From NCBI GenBank assembly GCA_963827165.1, contig CAWGZR010000010.1:1-64000 (forward strand): 64,000 nucleotides of DNA. The letters are read 5' to 3'. Source of the DNA: Candidatus Bathyarchaeota archaeon. GTDB taxonomy: Archaea > Thermoproteota > Bathyarchaeia > Bathyarchaeales > Bathycorpusculaceae. The notes under the pieces are model-generated. The model ran no database searches, was not told the origin of the DNA, and saw only the letters and a program-made list of their open reading frames with translations. Positions 1 through 11,379 of the stretch are shown here, piece after piece. Within the stretch, counting starts at the first letter, position 1; each line of letters starts with the position of its first letter. Made by a program: the position numbers and the translations under genes.

Positions 1-562
1 CATCTGTCATTCTAAACTCGGAGGCAGATGAGTGCACGGCCTTGGATAGTCTAGAGTATTCTTGGCCAATGAGGGCTAGACCGGTGAGGTCTTCTGGTAC
101 TCCATCAAGTTGTGGATGGTTCGCGCAATATTCATAGGCTCGACTGTAAGATAACCTAAATTTCTCCTTTTCCCACAGGGCCAATTCGATTGGATGATCT
201 TTGTAATATATACATAAAAGAACGTTCTCTATGCAGCTTCTCAAGGATTTTAGTGCCACACGCCACGACCCAATCGAAGCTTGAACGTGTGACACCAGAG
301 CATCGTTCTGTGCCTCCACGAAAAATCGTGAGCTTCCGTCTGTTAGATTTGGTTCGACAACGGCAGCGCGCCATGCCTGTAGGGAAGTGAGGCGCTTATA
401 GCTATCCTGGAATCTTTGAAGGTTTGCTCGGCAGTGAGGCAAGTTGTTTGGAGAGGTCAGTTTGCCAATCTCGGAAAAATAACTCGTAATTGTTTTTTAT
501 TTCATCGGCTATGGTCATTTTTCATCAATATCGAAAGAGCTTTCATCAATTCTGGTGAGACA

Positions 563-907
563 TTAGCTTGTGGCTGCTTCTGTGCCTTCTCGACCAGCTT
601 GGCTTGAACATCTTTGTTTGTACTGAGGTAATTGAGAAGTTATTCCAACGACATCACGAACGAAGTCGGTAGGTTTTATTGGAACATCTATATCGAGCTC
701 CTTCAGAAGTACACGCCACTCGTTTTTACTGTACTCGGCCAAGCGGACAAGCAGAAGAAGGGCAGCAGGAGCATTGGCCCCGAGTGATGTCAGAGGCTTG
801 AAGTTCTCATCGGTCTGGATAGTGATGGAGTCAAGCGTGACATTTCCTAAATCGCGCAAAGCTCGGGCCAGTGTGTTAAGCGCTCGTGCTACATCGTGCG
901 TTTTCAT
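563..907 (-). CDS. hypothetical protein, translationally coupled to upstream ParA
   Basis: 114-aa ORF whose ATG overlaps the stop of the ParA C-terminal frame at 907. Confidence 0.6.
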   Translation of the reverse strand: MKTHDVARALNTLARALRDLGNVTLDSITIQTDENFKPLTSLGANAPAALLLLVRLAEYSKNEWRVLLKELDIDVPIKPTDFVRDVVGITSQLPQYKQRCSSQAGREGTEAATS

Positions 908-1715
908 TATTCTAATCCTAAGCGTACGTAAAGGTCATCAAAGACGGCATTGAATTCATCGATTGCCGAGGTATCACTTGTATCAAATATTGGCTTCCGA
1001 TCTTCGGCCGCTTTGCTGATAGCATTGCGGTCTTTAATCACTTGCTTAAAAACGAGATCACCAAATTCCTGTCTGATCGAGTTCTCAGTAGTGGCTCTGT
1101 GTCCAGCCGGTCTGCCCAACTCTCGAAATTACTATGCCTGCGTTTTCGAGCGGCTTGTCCAGGTCCTCGCTCAGCCTCTCAATTCTTCAGAGTAGCAGGC
1201 CGATACCAAGCGTTGACAAAAAATCCAATGAAACAGGGACGATGAAATGTGTACTGATGGCAAGCGCGTTTTAGAGTCGGAAGGGTCAAGTTGGGAGGGC
1301 AATCACAGATTATTATGTCATAGTTACTCTCTATTGGTTTAAGCGCCCTGGATAGTTTTGTTTCTCTAGCTACCGCGTTCGCTAAATCTAGATCGACGGT
1401 GAACAAGTCTAAATGGGATGGTATTAGATCGACGTTCGGGAATACGGATTTGCGGAGTACCTCGGCAGCCGTTTTTTGCTTGCCCTCCGAGCACGTATGT
1501 CTGGCACCAAGTAGGTCAGCGATAGTTCCATGTTTCTCGGCGTGTTTTTCCCACTGCTCTACGCCGATTGTCGAGAAAGTAGCGTTTGTTTGTGGGTCAA
1601 GGTCCACGAGCAATGTACGCAAACGTCTGCGACCGCAGTAGGCTGCGAAGTTAACAGATATAGTCGTTTTGCCAACTCCGCCTTTTAGATTGATAGCTGA
1701 TAAGGTAATTGGCAT
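907..1715 (-). CDS. parA: ParA/Soj family ATPase (frameshifted)
   Basis: NLKGGVGKTT deviant Walker A, VDLDPQTNAT, ICDCPP; C-terminal frame 907-1119 (IKDRNAISKAAEDRKPIF) completes the fold. Confidence 0.85.
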
Positions 1716-1761
1716 TTCGTTATCCGATTAGGTTCGTGAGATACTATGCAATTTGGTGAAA

Positions 1762-3232
1762 TCAGAAATTCTGTTTGAGCAGAAACTTCAAATCGATGTC
1801 AACGGTATCCTCCGCGATCCAATTCGAGGATTTGGAGAGGAGGAGGATGGGTGCCACACGATCAAGCAGTGGGTCTCCCTGCAAAGCCAGACGCACTTTG
1901 TCGGCCGGAAAACGGCCGAGTGTGGCGAGGGGCCATTTGGAAGGGTGATCGGCTGCGCGGACGGCAGCAATCACGCTGTTGAGCGCAAATTCACTAGCGA
2001 TGAGCCGAAGCACTTCGGATGCGCTTGGGGCTATGCGTTCGTCACCGGCAATCAATTCAGATATGAGGCTATCTATTACTGGCGCGGGCACATAGCTCCG
2101 ATCCCGCGATCGCATGAAGTACCACGTCCGGGTCGGCGTCACCCAGAAAGGGCAACAGGTCGTCATAGTGTTTGACGCCTGCCTTACCCGATCCCCAGAC
2201 TGCTGCCTGGCGAATTTCATCTCCGGCAAAGCGCGGGTCGGTTGGCGCGGAGTAAAATATTTCGAGCAGCAGCGGTTCGAAGTTCGGGTAAGATCAGCAC
2301 GGCTTCCATGCGCAGGTCTGCGCCGTAGTAGTCCAGATGAAAGTTTCGAGGCGCTCTTGGGCTTTAGATGATCCAAGAGTAGTTCCTGCGCCAGCCGCTT
2401 GAGAAGGACGCGAATTTCGAACTCGGAATCAAGTCGTTGTTCGATGGCGGCGATTGCCTCTCGTTTGGCATCAGGTCGAAAAGGAAGCGCCTTTACAGCA
2501 GCGTAGCGATCGACGGGGTTAGGAGCAGCGACGTCGGCCAGTGGCTCATATTTGTTATTTATGTAGGAATCGAGCCGCACCTGCCGCCGGGGCAACCCGG
2601 CAAGTATGGTCTCCTCTGCAACAAAGCGGTCCCCCGCCACGACATAGGGTGCTTTCCCCCGGAGCCGGAAGGTCTGGGGTCTTTGAGGGCGATCGGCGTC
2701 GGCATCCATCATGACGCGGATAGTTTCAGCGTCCACACTCAGAACGACGCCACTTCGTGAAGGTACAGTAGACGGCCACGTGCGATCGCGCTCAGCGCCC
2801 TCGGAAGCAGACTTCGGCGGCCCAAGTTCGGATTGATCTTCTGTTGCTTTTAGGTCGCCAACGGTGAAGAAGACGGCGGCGGCGGCGGGCTTTGGCGTCC
2901 CGTTGTTATCGAAGCAAGTGATGAAGGCTGAGAGATCATCATCTCTGAGGCCGGTGTTCCATTGACGCATGGGATTGCTAGGCGCATCGCTCATTCAAAT
3001 CTTGAGGTCCGTTTTGGCGCGGACTTCAACGCGCAACCCTGTCCGGACGCAAAGAATGTCAGGCAGGCGAAGGCGTTTGACCTTGGTGGACCAAATTTTG
3101 TTGGATGTGCAATAGCGTTCCAGCTCTATGGGTTCAAAGCCAGCCGCGCGCATTTGCGCCATGGTCTGTCGGGCACCGGCAGCACCCATGTTCAAAAACG
3201 AGGAGAAAGCTGGTGTCCGCTTTGAAACCCAT
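1762..3232 (-). CDS. putative PD-(D/E)xK nuclease with helical/HEAT-like C-terminus, in the REase position of a C-regulated RM system (frameshifted)
   Basis: Joined frames MGFKADTSF.../...RLPDILCVRTGLRVEVRAK.../MSDAPSNP...; follows the C gene, divergent from the MTase. Confidence 0.55.
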
Positions 3233-3302
3233 TATGCGCCCCCACAGGAAAAGTGGGGGTGGAATTCGACACCGCTGGTGAGGTGTATGCCAGTATGGGG
3301 CT

Positions 3303-3539
3303 TCATGAATTGCCCTCATCTGACAATAATTGTTCTGGCTTTACATTGAGGGCTTTGGCAATCTTCTCAATGTTATCTATTGAAACATTGCGTTCTGCGC
3401 GTTCAATAGAGCCAATATACGTGCGATGTAAGCCGGACTGATCTGCAAGTGCTTCTTAAACTGAGCCAAGCTTGTTGCGGATAAGGCGAACATTCTTCGC
3501 TAAAATCTCGCGCAGTGATGTAAAATCGGCTCCAGTCAT
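3303..3539 (-). CDS. RM controller (C) protein, XRE HTH; one in-frame TAA, probably a read error
   Basis: Manual translation: [65 protein letters not shown]; not in the ORF track. Confidence 0.85.
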
Positions 3540-3558
3540 GAATGGAGACTTGAAGCTT

Positions 3559-3590
3559 GATGACTTTTTAGTCTACAGACTATGCGTAGC
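3559..3590 (-). promoter_or_regulatory. C-box operator, PvuII-like
   Basis: Minus strand GCTACGCATAGTC-TGTA-GACTAAAAAGTCATC: two GACT..AGTC-type boxes with a TGTA spacer, about 20 bp upstream of the C gene. Confidence 0.8.
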
Positions 3591-3627
3591 AATTGACTGT
3601 TGCACACATTCCAGAAAGAGCGGGGTT

Positions 3628-4649
3628 ATGACTGAGACACTGATTTATCGCACTGCGTTGGGCGAGGCGCGGTGCGGAAATTCGTTAAACCTCTTGCAAG
3701 AGGTTCCGGACGGATCGGTAAATCTCGTTATGACGTCACCGCCGTTCGCGCTTCAGCGGCAAAAGGAATACGGGAACAAAGACCAGCATGAATATATCGA
3801 CTGGCTGTGTGAGTTCGCGGCGCTGGTGCACCGCAAGTTGCGGGATGACGGGAGCTTTGTGCTCGATCTCGGGGGCGCGTATCAAAAAGGCGCGCCGACA
3901 CGTAGCCTTTACAATTTCCGCATTCCGATAAAGTTTTGCGATGAGCTTGGTTTTTTTCTCGCCGAAGATTTCTACTGGTTCAATCCGGCGAAGCTTCCCT
4001 CGCCCATTGAATGGGTGAACAAGCGGAAGCTTCGGGCAAAAGATGCCGTACGACACGGTGTGGTGGTTCAGCAAGACGGAGTGGCCGAAAGCGGACGTAA
4101 CGAAGGTGCTTGCGCCCTACAGTGAGCGCATGAAGAAGTTGCTGAAAGACCCTGACAGTTTCTATTCGCCTAAAGCGCGCCCGAGTGGCCATGATATCAG
4201 CAAGGGGTTCGGGACAGACAATGGCGGCGCGATACCGTCGAACTTGTTGCAGTACCCAAACACCGACAGCAATGGGGGATACTTACGCGGTTGCAAGACG
4301 GTCGGCATCAAGGGCCATCCGGCCCGGTTCCCGCCGAAGCTGCCCGAGTTCTTCATCAAGTATTTGACTGAACCCGGCGGATCTGGTGGTGGATATTTTT
4401 GCAGGGTCCAACACGACAGGGTGTGTCGCCGAGGGGCTTGAGCGGCGTTGGCTCGCCTTCGATCTTAGCCGGGAATATCTAGCCGCGTCGGCCTTCCGCT
4501 TTTTGGAGGATGCAGACGACAGCGAGATTAAAGGGGTGTTCGAAGGTCTCATGCAAGGCAAGGCGTTGGCGCTGGAGCCAAAGCAGGGGGGCTTATGGAA
4601 TGGGCGCGCCAAAACTTCAAGAGCAGAGAAAATCCGGCCAGCTGCTTAA
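3628..4649 (+). CDS. N4-cytosine DNA methyltransferase, M.PvuII-like (2 frameshifts)
   Basis: [51 protein letters not shown] closely match recalled M.PvuII (beta class). Confidence 0.9.
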
Positions 4650-4891
4650 GACGCCGTTTTCGCCCTTGTTCGGAAATCTTTCATCCGATCAGATGGTATT
4701 GGGAGGGGCCGCCGGACGTTGCAAAAATCATGATTGAATAGCCGTGTGCAAACTTCGGCGATTTCAACAAGTTGGGCTGGCTAACAAGGCCGGTGCAATT
4801 TGCGGGTGGGATGCGACAGTGCACAAAGATCGCGGGGATGCTCGCTTCTTGCAAAAGCTCTACCTATTGCAAGGTTCCCTCGTCACATGCC

Positions 4892-6017
4892 CTAAAACGG
4901 AATGTCGTCATCGTCGTCGGGCGGCTCTAATACCGGAGCTTCTTCCGACGGAGAAATATTTGCGACGATGCAACTAGCGCGGTGATACAGCTCGTCAAAA
5001 GTGAGAAAATCTCGGGCGAGCGAATGTTTCGACGAAAAAGCTCAAAACACGCAATCTTGTCGTCGTTGCCACGGACTTGCGACAGATTTCCGATGACGAG
5101 GAAGCTGCGCGGCTCTACGGAGTAGATTTCGATGCCAGTGTCGTTGCCACTGGCATCTCCGAGACGGTCACGGAAGCGGTTCCGGGTAAACTCGAAGACC
5201 GTCTTTTGCGTTTGAGCAACCGCGCCAGACAGCTCGTTTGACACGGCCCAACAGCCCCTGCGGTAGTCCGTCCCTTGCAGAAGGTCCGTGTCGTTTTTCT
5301 TGATCTCGACGAGCACGTACTGGCTTACTTCGGCACGCGTTTGCATAAGTCCATCGGCGCGCTTTCCTGCCCGGTCGAAGGCACTTCCCGTCGTGGTGGC
5401 TTCAAGATTTGCGGTGACTTTGTTTTTTTAGAAACGTAGTTCAGCCCATGGCCGAAAATCCAAGAATTACTTTCAAAGAACGCTTGCCAATCGCGCTCGG
5501 ACAATTCGGCGCTGAGATTGGCTTCGAAAGTCGCGAGCGCGGCGCGTTTAGCGGCAACGGCATAAATGTCGTGGTGAAGGTCAGGGCTCGCGGCGAGCTT
5601 GTTGATGAGCTTCGGGCCTTCCGTGCTCTTTAGTAATGTTAGAAAGTATCAAAATCGACGTTTTGCCAGCAAATGCGGGCCTTTCCTGCGTCGCGCAAGT
5701 CAAGGCTCGCCAATATCGAAAGATACTCGGCATCTGCGCGATTTGAAAGTGATTTAAGACAATTTCTCCGTCCAGTTGCCACCCGAAGCGTTTATGGAAT
5801 TTGAGCTCATCCGCTTCAGCGTCGAAAAGTCGGCTCGCTCATTAACATAGAACACGGAAACGGCAAGCTTGGAGCGAGGGGTAACGTCGATTTCGCCGAC
5901 GACCTGTTCGCTTTCGCCGACGAGCGTGGCATAGGCCCCCTTCCCGGCCCTGTCCGGAAACGTGTACAGAGCATCGGTCTTGTAATTGACAAGAAACTGA
6001 ACATCTTCGTGCGGCAT
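4892..6017 (-). CDS. sduA: Shedu anti-phage nuclease (DUF4263), frameshifted
   Basis: GKRADGL..LVEIKK..SNELSGAVAQ..LVIG..FELFRRN..TFDEL across frames. Confidence 0.8.
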
Positions 6018-6031
6018 AAACAATCCTTCAA

Positions 6032-6582
6032 TCAAATCGTCAGTCGTGAAATCGTCCAGCCGGACACATTGTAAGTTCGCCCAATCTCCGCAAGTGTCTC
6101 GTCGCCATGATCACGCCGCCGGATCGCCTCGCGCTTCTGGTGATCGGTAAGCTTCGGCTTCCTCCCCATTTTCACGCCGTTCGCCTTGGCCCGTTCGCGG
6201 CCTTCGCCGGTACCGGCGCGGATCAGCTCGCGCTCGAATTCCGCCAACCCGCCAAGCACGGTCAACATCAAGCGCCCGTGCGCGGTCGTGGTGTCGGCCC
6301 AGGTGTCGTTGATGGGAACGAAAGCCCGCGCCCTTGGCGGTGATGGTCGCCAGCGTGTTCAAGAGGTCGCGGGTCGATCGCGCCAGACGATCGAGGCGCG
6401 TCACAAGTCAAGACGTCGCCTTTTTCAAGCGTGTCGATCGCCTGCGCAATTGGGCGCGGTCGGGCTTCGCGCCGCTCGCCGTCTCCTTGAAAGATCTTTT
6501 CGGCTCCGGCGGCGCGCAGTTGCTTCACCTGCGTGTCGAGGCTTTGGCCGTCCGTCGATACCCGTGCATAGCCGTATTTCAT
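6032..6582 (-). CDS. serine recombinase/resolvase, copy 1 (frameshifted)
   Basis: YGYARVSTDGQ, TRLDRLARS, AEFERELI, C-terminal HTH. Confidence 0.9.
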
Positions 6583-6589
6583 GCCTGAC

Positions 6590-6670
6590 TTATTGCACCT
6601 CATTTCTGCACGAAAAAAGCCCTTTTGGATCAAGCCTCTAATTTTTGTGCATAATTCTGAATTATGCACA
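6590..6670. promoter_or_regulatory. res site, copy 1
   Basis: Perfect inverted repeat TGTGCATAATTC-T-GAATTATGCACA (6646-6670) upstream of the resolvase; conserved in copy 2. Confidence 0.7.
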
Positions 6671-6683
6671 CCGGCTTATACGG

Positions 6684-7654
6684 TCAACCTTGTTCCGGCG
6701 TTTGAAGGAACCGAAGGAAGACAGTTCGTTTAGTTGAAACCCGCATGCCTGATATTCCCAGCCTGTTCCACATCGCACATTCTTTCGCGTCGTTGACATG
6801 TTTGCCTGGGGCACTGCTTGAGGGTTCTGGCTGCGGCGGCGACTTTGCAGGTGCTTCCTGAGAAGGAACTGTCAAAACTCTGAGTGTGGCTCGGCCGCCA
6901 GGATGCTGAGTTGCATGGGATTCAAAATCTTTGTGGCCTGCCGCTGTTTTTTCGTCGTATCTTTTTAAATCTTCTGAGGTGAAAGGGCCTTTTCCGGGAC
7001 TCAACAGTCTTCTGCAAATATTCCCTAATTTTAGAATGTTCTGATCCAATAAAGTTGGTTCTAATTCCATTATGCATGGAAGCATCAACATGAGCGGCCG
7101 TTTCTCGTACCAATGAAGAATTCTTCTCTTCTACCAATACCAAATCTTAATTCACCATCTCGATCCTTAAGCAGGTGAAAACGCCCATATGTAATTTCAC
7201 CTTTAGCAGCGAAGCCTCCAATAAGTTCTCGTTCTTCCCTTGCGCTATTTTCCTGTTCGATTTTTTTTTGCTCAACCATTCTTGGTGTTTGCAATCCGTG
7301 TTTTTCTAACGCTTCTATTATCAGTTCTTTATGCGGACCGCTGACGGTCTCCGCCAATGCCCCAAGCTCTTTAACTCGTTTTTCACGTTCTTGACTTGAT
7401 TCTTCGTTCGCTGATTCTGTTCCGCTCAAGTGGGCCATAACAACTAGATCGATCGCTTTTTCCGCATCGAAGCTATCGCGGGCATTAGCTAATATTTGAA
7501 GATGCTCTCGGGTAGCTTTAATTTGCCCATTCGAGGTTCCATTATCTTGTTGTCTCCATATTTCTTTGAAATTTTCAGTTGCAGTATAGTTCTTCCTAAA
7601 ATCACCGCTGACCATATCTTGCAATAAATCTGCAATTTTGTTGTTGTCTACCAT
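6684..7654 (-). CDS. AT-rich hypothetical protein (two overlapping ORFs, probably one frameshifted gene)
   Basis: ORFs 7085-7654 and 6684-7091 overlap by 7 nt; low GC. Confidence 0.5.
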
Positions 7655-7876
7655 CTGAAAAAGCCTCTTATTTAAAAAGACATTCGAATTATAGTTTTAT
7701 AAAGCAAATAACTTGTTAACGAACTTCGTTTGCCATGTGATTATAAACAATTAACTGATATGAAAGCAAAACAATACAGCCATTTTAACCAGTTTTTTCG
7801 CGAATTCCACTTCGACAACTCTTCAAACAAAGACCTGATTTCTGTGCGAGAATTTTGATTTATTCTATGGAGCCTC

Positions 7877-8329
7877 GTGCTAACGCGACCCATGAAAGTG
7901 CGAGAGACCCGCATGCGCTATCCGATGCCGGACTATCCCTGTGACTTCGAGCTTCCCGATGAATGGATTATTGAGGCCGGTATGGTTGGGTTTAAGCCGA
8001 CTGCCACGGCCTATCTCTCGACGCCCGACGCGGTGCTGGTGCCGCTCCATGAAATCGAACCGCCACACCGCAAGCACACCTGCCCGAAGGATTACCGCGG
8101 GTTTGATCGTGCACGGCTGATTGACGTCCTTAAGGGCATCGTGGCGGGAAGTGAGATAAAACCAGTTCTATTGATCAAGCTGTCCGCCGGCAATTCCGCC
8201 TTGATCCTCCCATATCGCTTCCGCGTTAGCGATGGGTTTCACCGCTTCTATGCGTCGATGGCCGCAGGCTTCAAATCCTTGTCGGCAACCATCGAGAATG
8301 AATATTTCACTCACTGGTCCGTTAGATAG
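7877..8329 (+). CDS. ParB/sulfiredoxin-like domain protein
   Basis: FRVSDGFHRFYAS resembles the ParB/Srx DGxHR motif. Confidence 0.55.
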   Translation: MLTRPMKVRETRMRYPMPDYPCDFELPDEWIIEAGMVGFKPTATAYLSTPDAVLVPLHEIEPPHRKHTCPKDYRGFDRARLIDVLKGIVAGSEIKPVLLIKLSAGNSALILPYRFRVSDGFHRFYASMAAGFKSLSATIENEYFTHWSVR

Positions 8330-8595
8330 TCGCCGCATTCGCGCTTAAGTCTCGCGTTGGCTTTGTCCCATTCGTTCATGGGCACGGTGTCGATGATGGC
8401 TTTCATCTTGGCGCTGCATGCTTCGGCTTTGAGTTTGCCGATGCCGTAGGTGCCTTGAATGGCGGGCAGGATCGCCGTGTTGTAAATCTCGAAGGCGAGA
8501 AGAATAAGCAAAAGCGCACGCGCGAAGCGGTTGCGCCAGATGGCGCTGGCGGCTTGCGCAACAAGCTCGCGTGTGGTCGCTGGTTGATCGGTCAT
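8311..8595 (-). CDS. small membrane-anchored protein (paralog 3)
   Basis: NR + hydrophobic helix + EIYN. Confidence 0.65.
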   Translation of the reverse strand: MTDQPATTRELVAQAASAIWRNRFARALLLILLAFEIYNTAILPAIQGTYGIGKLKAEACSAKMKAIIDTVPMNEWDKANARLKRECGDYLTDQ

Positions 8596-8599
8596 GGCG

Positions 8600-9181
8600 T
8601 TAATGGCGACCTAAAATGTAGTTGTTCATGATCGCGCCGGTGTCGAGATTGATGCGGTTACTCTGGGCCAGGTTGGCAAATTTTTGAGCCGCTGCCTGGT
8701 ATTCGGCGTTGGTGGCTTCAGCCTGATTGAGACGCTCGGCTTGCGCTGCACGCTCGCGCTCAATAATGATTTGTTGCTCCTTGATCGCGGCTTCCCCTTC
8801 CATCGCGTCGGCTTCGGCCTTGGCCTTCACCTCCGAATTGCCGGAAGTTTGGGCGGCGATAGTAGCTTCGGCGTCGGCGCGTTTCGCATCCGCCGTGGCC
8901 TTCTTCGCCTCGGCGCGCTGCTTGCGCTCGGCGTTCTTGGCGATCTCGGTCTCGGTGATGGATTTCCACTCCGCAAGCTCGGCCTCGGCTTTCTGACGAA
9001 GCTGGGCGTTGTCGGCAATGGCCTGCGTTTCGATGCCTTTTTGCGTGGTGATGAAGGCTGGAATGGCTCCCTGGTTGTAAAGCTCAAGCAGGGCAAACAA
9101 GACCGCAAAGAGCTGGACCCATCTGTTTTTGAGAAGCGCTGCGGGGATATCGCGCCAGCGCATAAGAGGTTGCTCGGTCAT
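8600..9181 (-). CDS. membrane-anchored Ala/Glu/Lys coiled-coil protein (paralog 2)
   Basis: NR + TM + ELYN, then AEA/AKA heptads. Confidence 0.7.
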   Translation of the reverse strand: MTEQPLMRWRDIPAALLKNRWVQLFAVLFALLELYNQGAIPAFITTQKGIETQAIADNAQLRQKAEAELAEWKSITETEIAKNAERKQRAEAKKATADAKRADAEATIAAQTSGNSEVKAKAEADAMEGEAAIKEQQIIIERERAAQAERLNQAEATNAEYQAAAQKFANLAQSNRINLDTGAIMNNYILGRH

Positions 9182-9787
9182 CAGCAGCGGCCTTGATCCT
9201 TGGCGTTGATTTTTTCGATCGGCGTTTTGCCGGGGCAGCGCGCCATTCCCCAGTCGCGAATTGTGTTCTCCAGCGTGGCGATAAGCAGCTTGTTTTTGCC
9301 TTCGGCCACATCGGCTGCGGCCTTGAATTTGCGCGCCGCGACGCGCGCGGCTTCGAGTTCGGAAATCGCCTTGCTGTGGCGGATTTCGGCTTCGTATTTG
9401 AGAGAAAGAGCCTCGGACCGGGTTTTGAGCTGGGCATTGCGCGCGGTCTGTATGGCCGTTTCGGCGTCGGATTGCGCTTTCCTGGCGTCCGCGTCGGCCT
9501 TGTCGGCTTCGCCTTTCAGGCGCTCGGCGGAATTGCGGGCGATCTCAAGTTGTGTGCGGGCCTGTTGTTCGGCCTGGCGCGCCTCGCCGCCTTGTTTCAC
9601 CGCTGCATTGGCGGCGGCGGCCTTCGCCTGGATCGCTTCTTCGGTCTTGAGGTAGCCGGTCGCGCCTTCGGTATAGATGGTGAAAAGCGCCGCGATAATC
9701 GCGATGCCCTTCACAATCCGGTTGCTGACCAAAGCCACGGAAACGCGAGACGGCGTGGATTCACTGCCGGTGCCGATCGTGGTCAAT
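9181..9787 (-). CDS. membrane-anchored coiled-coil protein (paralog 1); start approximate
   Basis: NR + TM + TIYT, long Ala-rich coiled coil; stop overlaps the next ATG. Confidence 0.65.
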
Positions 9788-10048
9788 ATGCAATTCCTTT
9801 GAAATAGATTTGCCCCGCTGACGCTAAAGTGCGTCGCGGGCTGGCGCAAGCTCGCCGCCTCCGAAAACTGGGGATGAAATTTTTTTGTTCGACCTGAAGC
9901 ATTCTTTCCCGGCCTTGCACGACATGGCAGTGCGGCAGGGACAACGAGCAACCGCGCCTTAGCGCGGTTTCCGCTGCGCGCCGATGGCCACCCTGACGAG
10001 GGAAAGGAGGGGCCGCGCCGAAGCGTGACGCCTGCCCCCGATCAACCC

Positions 10049-10984
10049 TTACGCCGCCTCCTGCATATCCTCGCGCTGCGCGCTGGCGCTGCTCTGCGGT
10101 TGCAGCCCGTGAAGGAAGTCAGCAGCCTTCTGCGCATGGCTGGCGGCGGTGAAGATCGCGCGCTTGTCGTCTTTCAGGACTCTCAACCAGACTCTGAACA
10201 TAGGCGGCGTGATCCTCGCGGGTTTCCGGCGTGATGCCAAGATCGGCGCATAAGAAGGCTGCGCCAATTTCCGCGACAAGCTCCTCCATAGCGTAACCGG
10301 CATCGGCAAAACGCTTGCGGCCTAGATCGCGATTAAGGCGGCTCTCGTGCCGCGTGGCGTGGATCGTCTCATGGGCAAGCGTGGCGTAATAGGAATTCAG
10401 CGTCACGAAACGTCTTCAATTCCGGCATCTGCACGATGTCGTTGCCGGGGCTGTAAAAGGCGCGGTTGCCGCCGTGCTGAATGGTTATTGCCGTGCTGGC
10501 GAAGAAACGTTCGACGGCGTCCAGTGGCTTTATGTCGGCGTTGAGCGGCGCAACGGTTGCATAAAAATGGGCGGGCAAGCCGTCAACCTGTTCGGCATTA
10601 AAAACCGTGTAGCCCTTCATGAAGGGTATTTTGTTTTCGACCTCCGCGCCCTTCTCGTCGGTGCCGGTCTTGGTGAAGGTGTCGGCATAGACCACAAGCG
10701 AACCTTTTTCGCCTTTGCGGACCTGTCCGCCAAGCTCGGCGGCCTGCTTGTAGGTTAGCCAGAGCGGGCAGCTATAGCCCTTCTCCATGGCGGCGGCCCA
10801 CAGCATCAAAACATTCATGCCCCGGTACGGCTTGCCCATCGGCGCGCAAAGGTCTTGAAACCGGCCCCGCCTTATGCCCGGCCTGCCACGGCTGCAACCA
10901 TGTCAGATTTCCGCGCTCAAGGTCGGCAATGATTTTGTTGGTCACTCGGCTGTAGACATCCAGTTTCTCGCCCATGTTGCGCAC
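10049..10984 (-). CDS. ardC: ArdC-like antirestriction ssDNA-binding/zincin protein (frameshifted)
   Basis: YRGMNVLMLW, WLTYKQA, YTVFNAEQ, LAHETIHAT, YAMEELVAEIGAAFL. Confidence 0.9.
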
Positions 10985-11379
10985 TCCCTACTGTGGTTAC
11001 TGAGGTGCAGGTGGAACTGCTGCTGCACCTCTGCCACGTGGCGAACGCGGGGTAGCAAGCGGAAAGGGTTGCTGAAGTTGCTTCAGCAACTTTTTTGGGG
11101 GGCACCCGCCCTTGCGGGGGGAGCCAAAACCCGAAGGGCAGCACCCTTGCAGCGCGCGAGGGCAGCGCCCTTAGAAAAGGGCCGCGTCGGCGGCCACAAG
11201 ATGAGCGTGAGGTGGCGTAACCGGATGGCGAAAACGCGAGGCGGTTTCGGGCGCTTCGCGCCTAGCGACCGGCCCGGGACACGACCAGAAAGTCTTCGGC
11301 CTGCCTTGACGGGGTCGAGCACCGTGCCAGGCTGAGCGCATGACGGGGCAAAGCTGAACGGTTGCGCTAAGGGTGGCGC

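Noticed and set aside
1-560. Short ORFs at the window start
   Set aside because: No motifs or convincing RBS; probably non-coding
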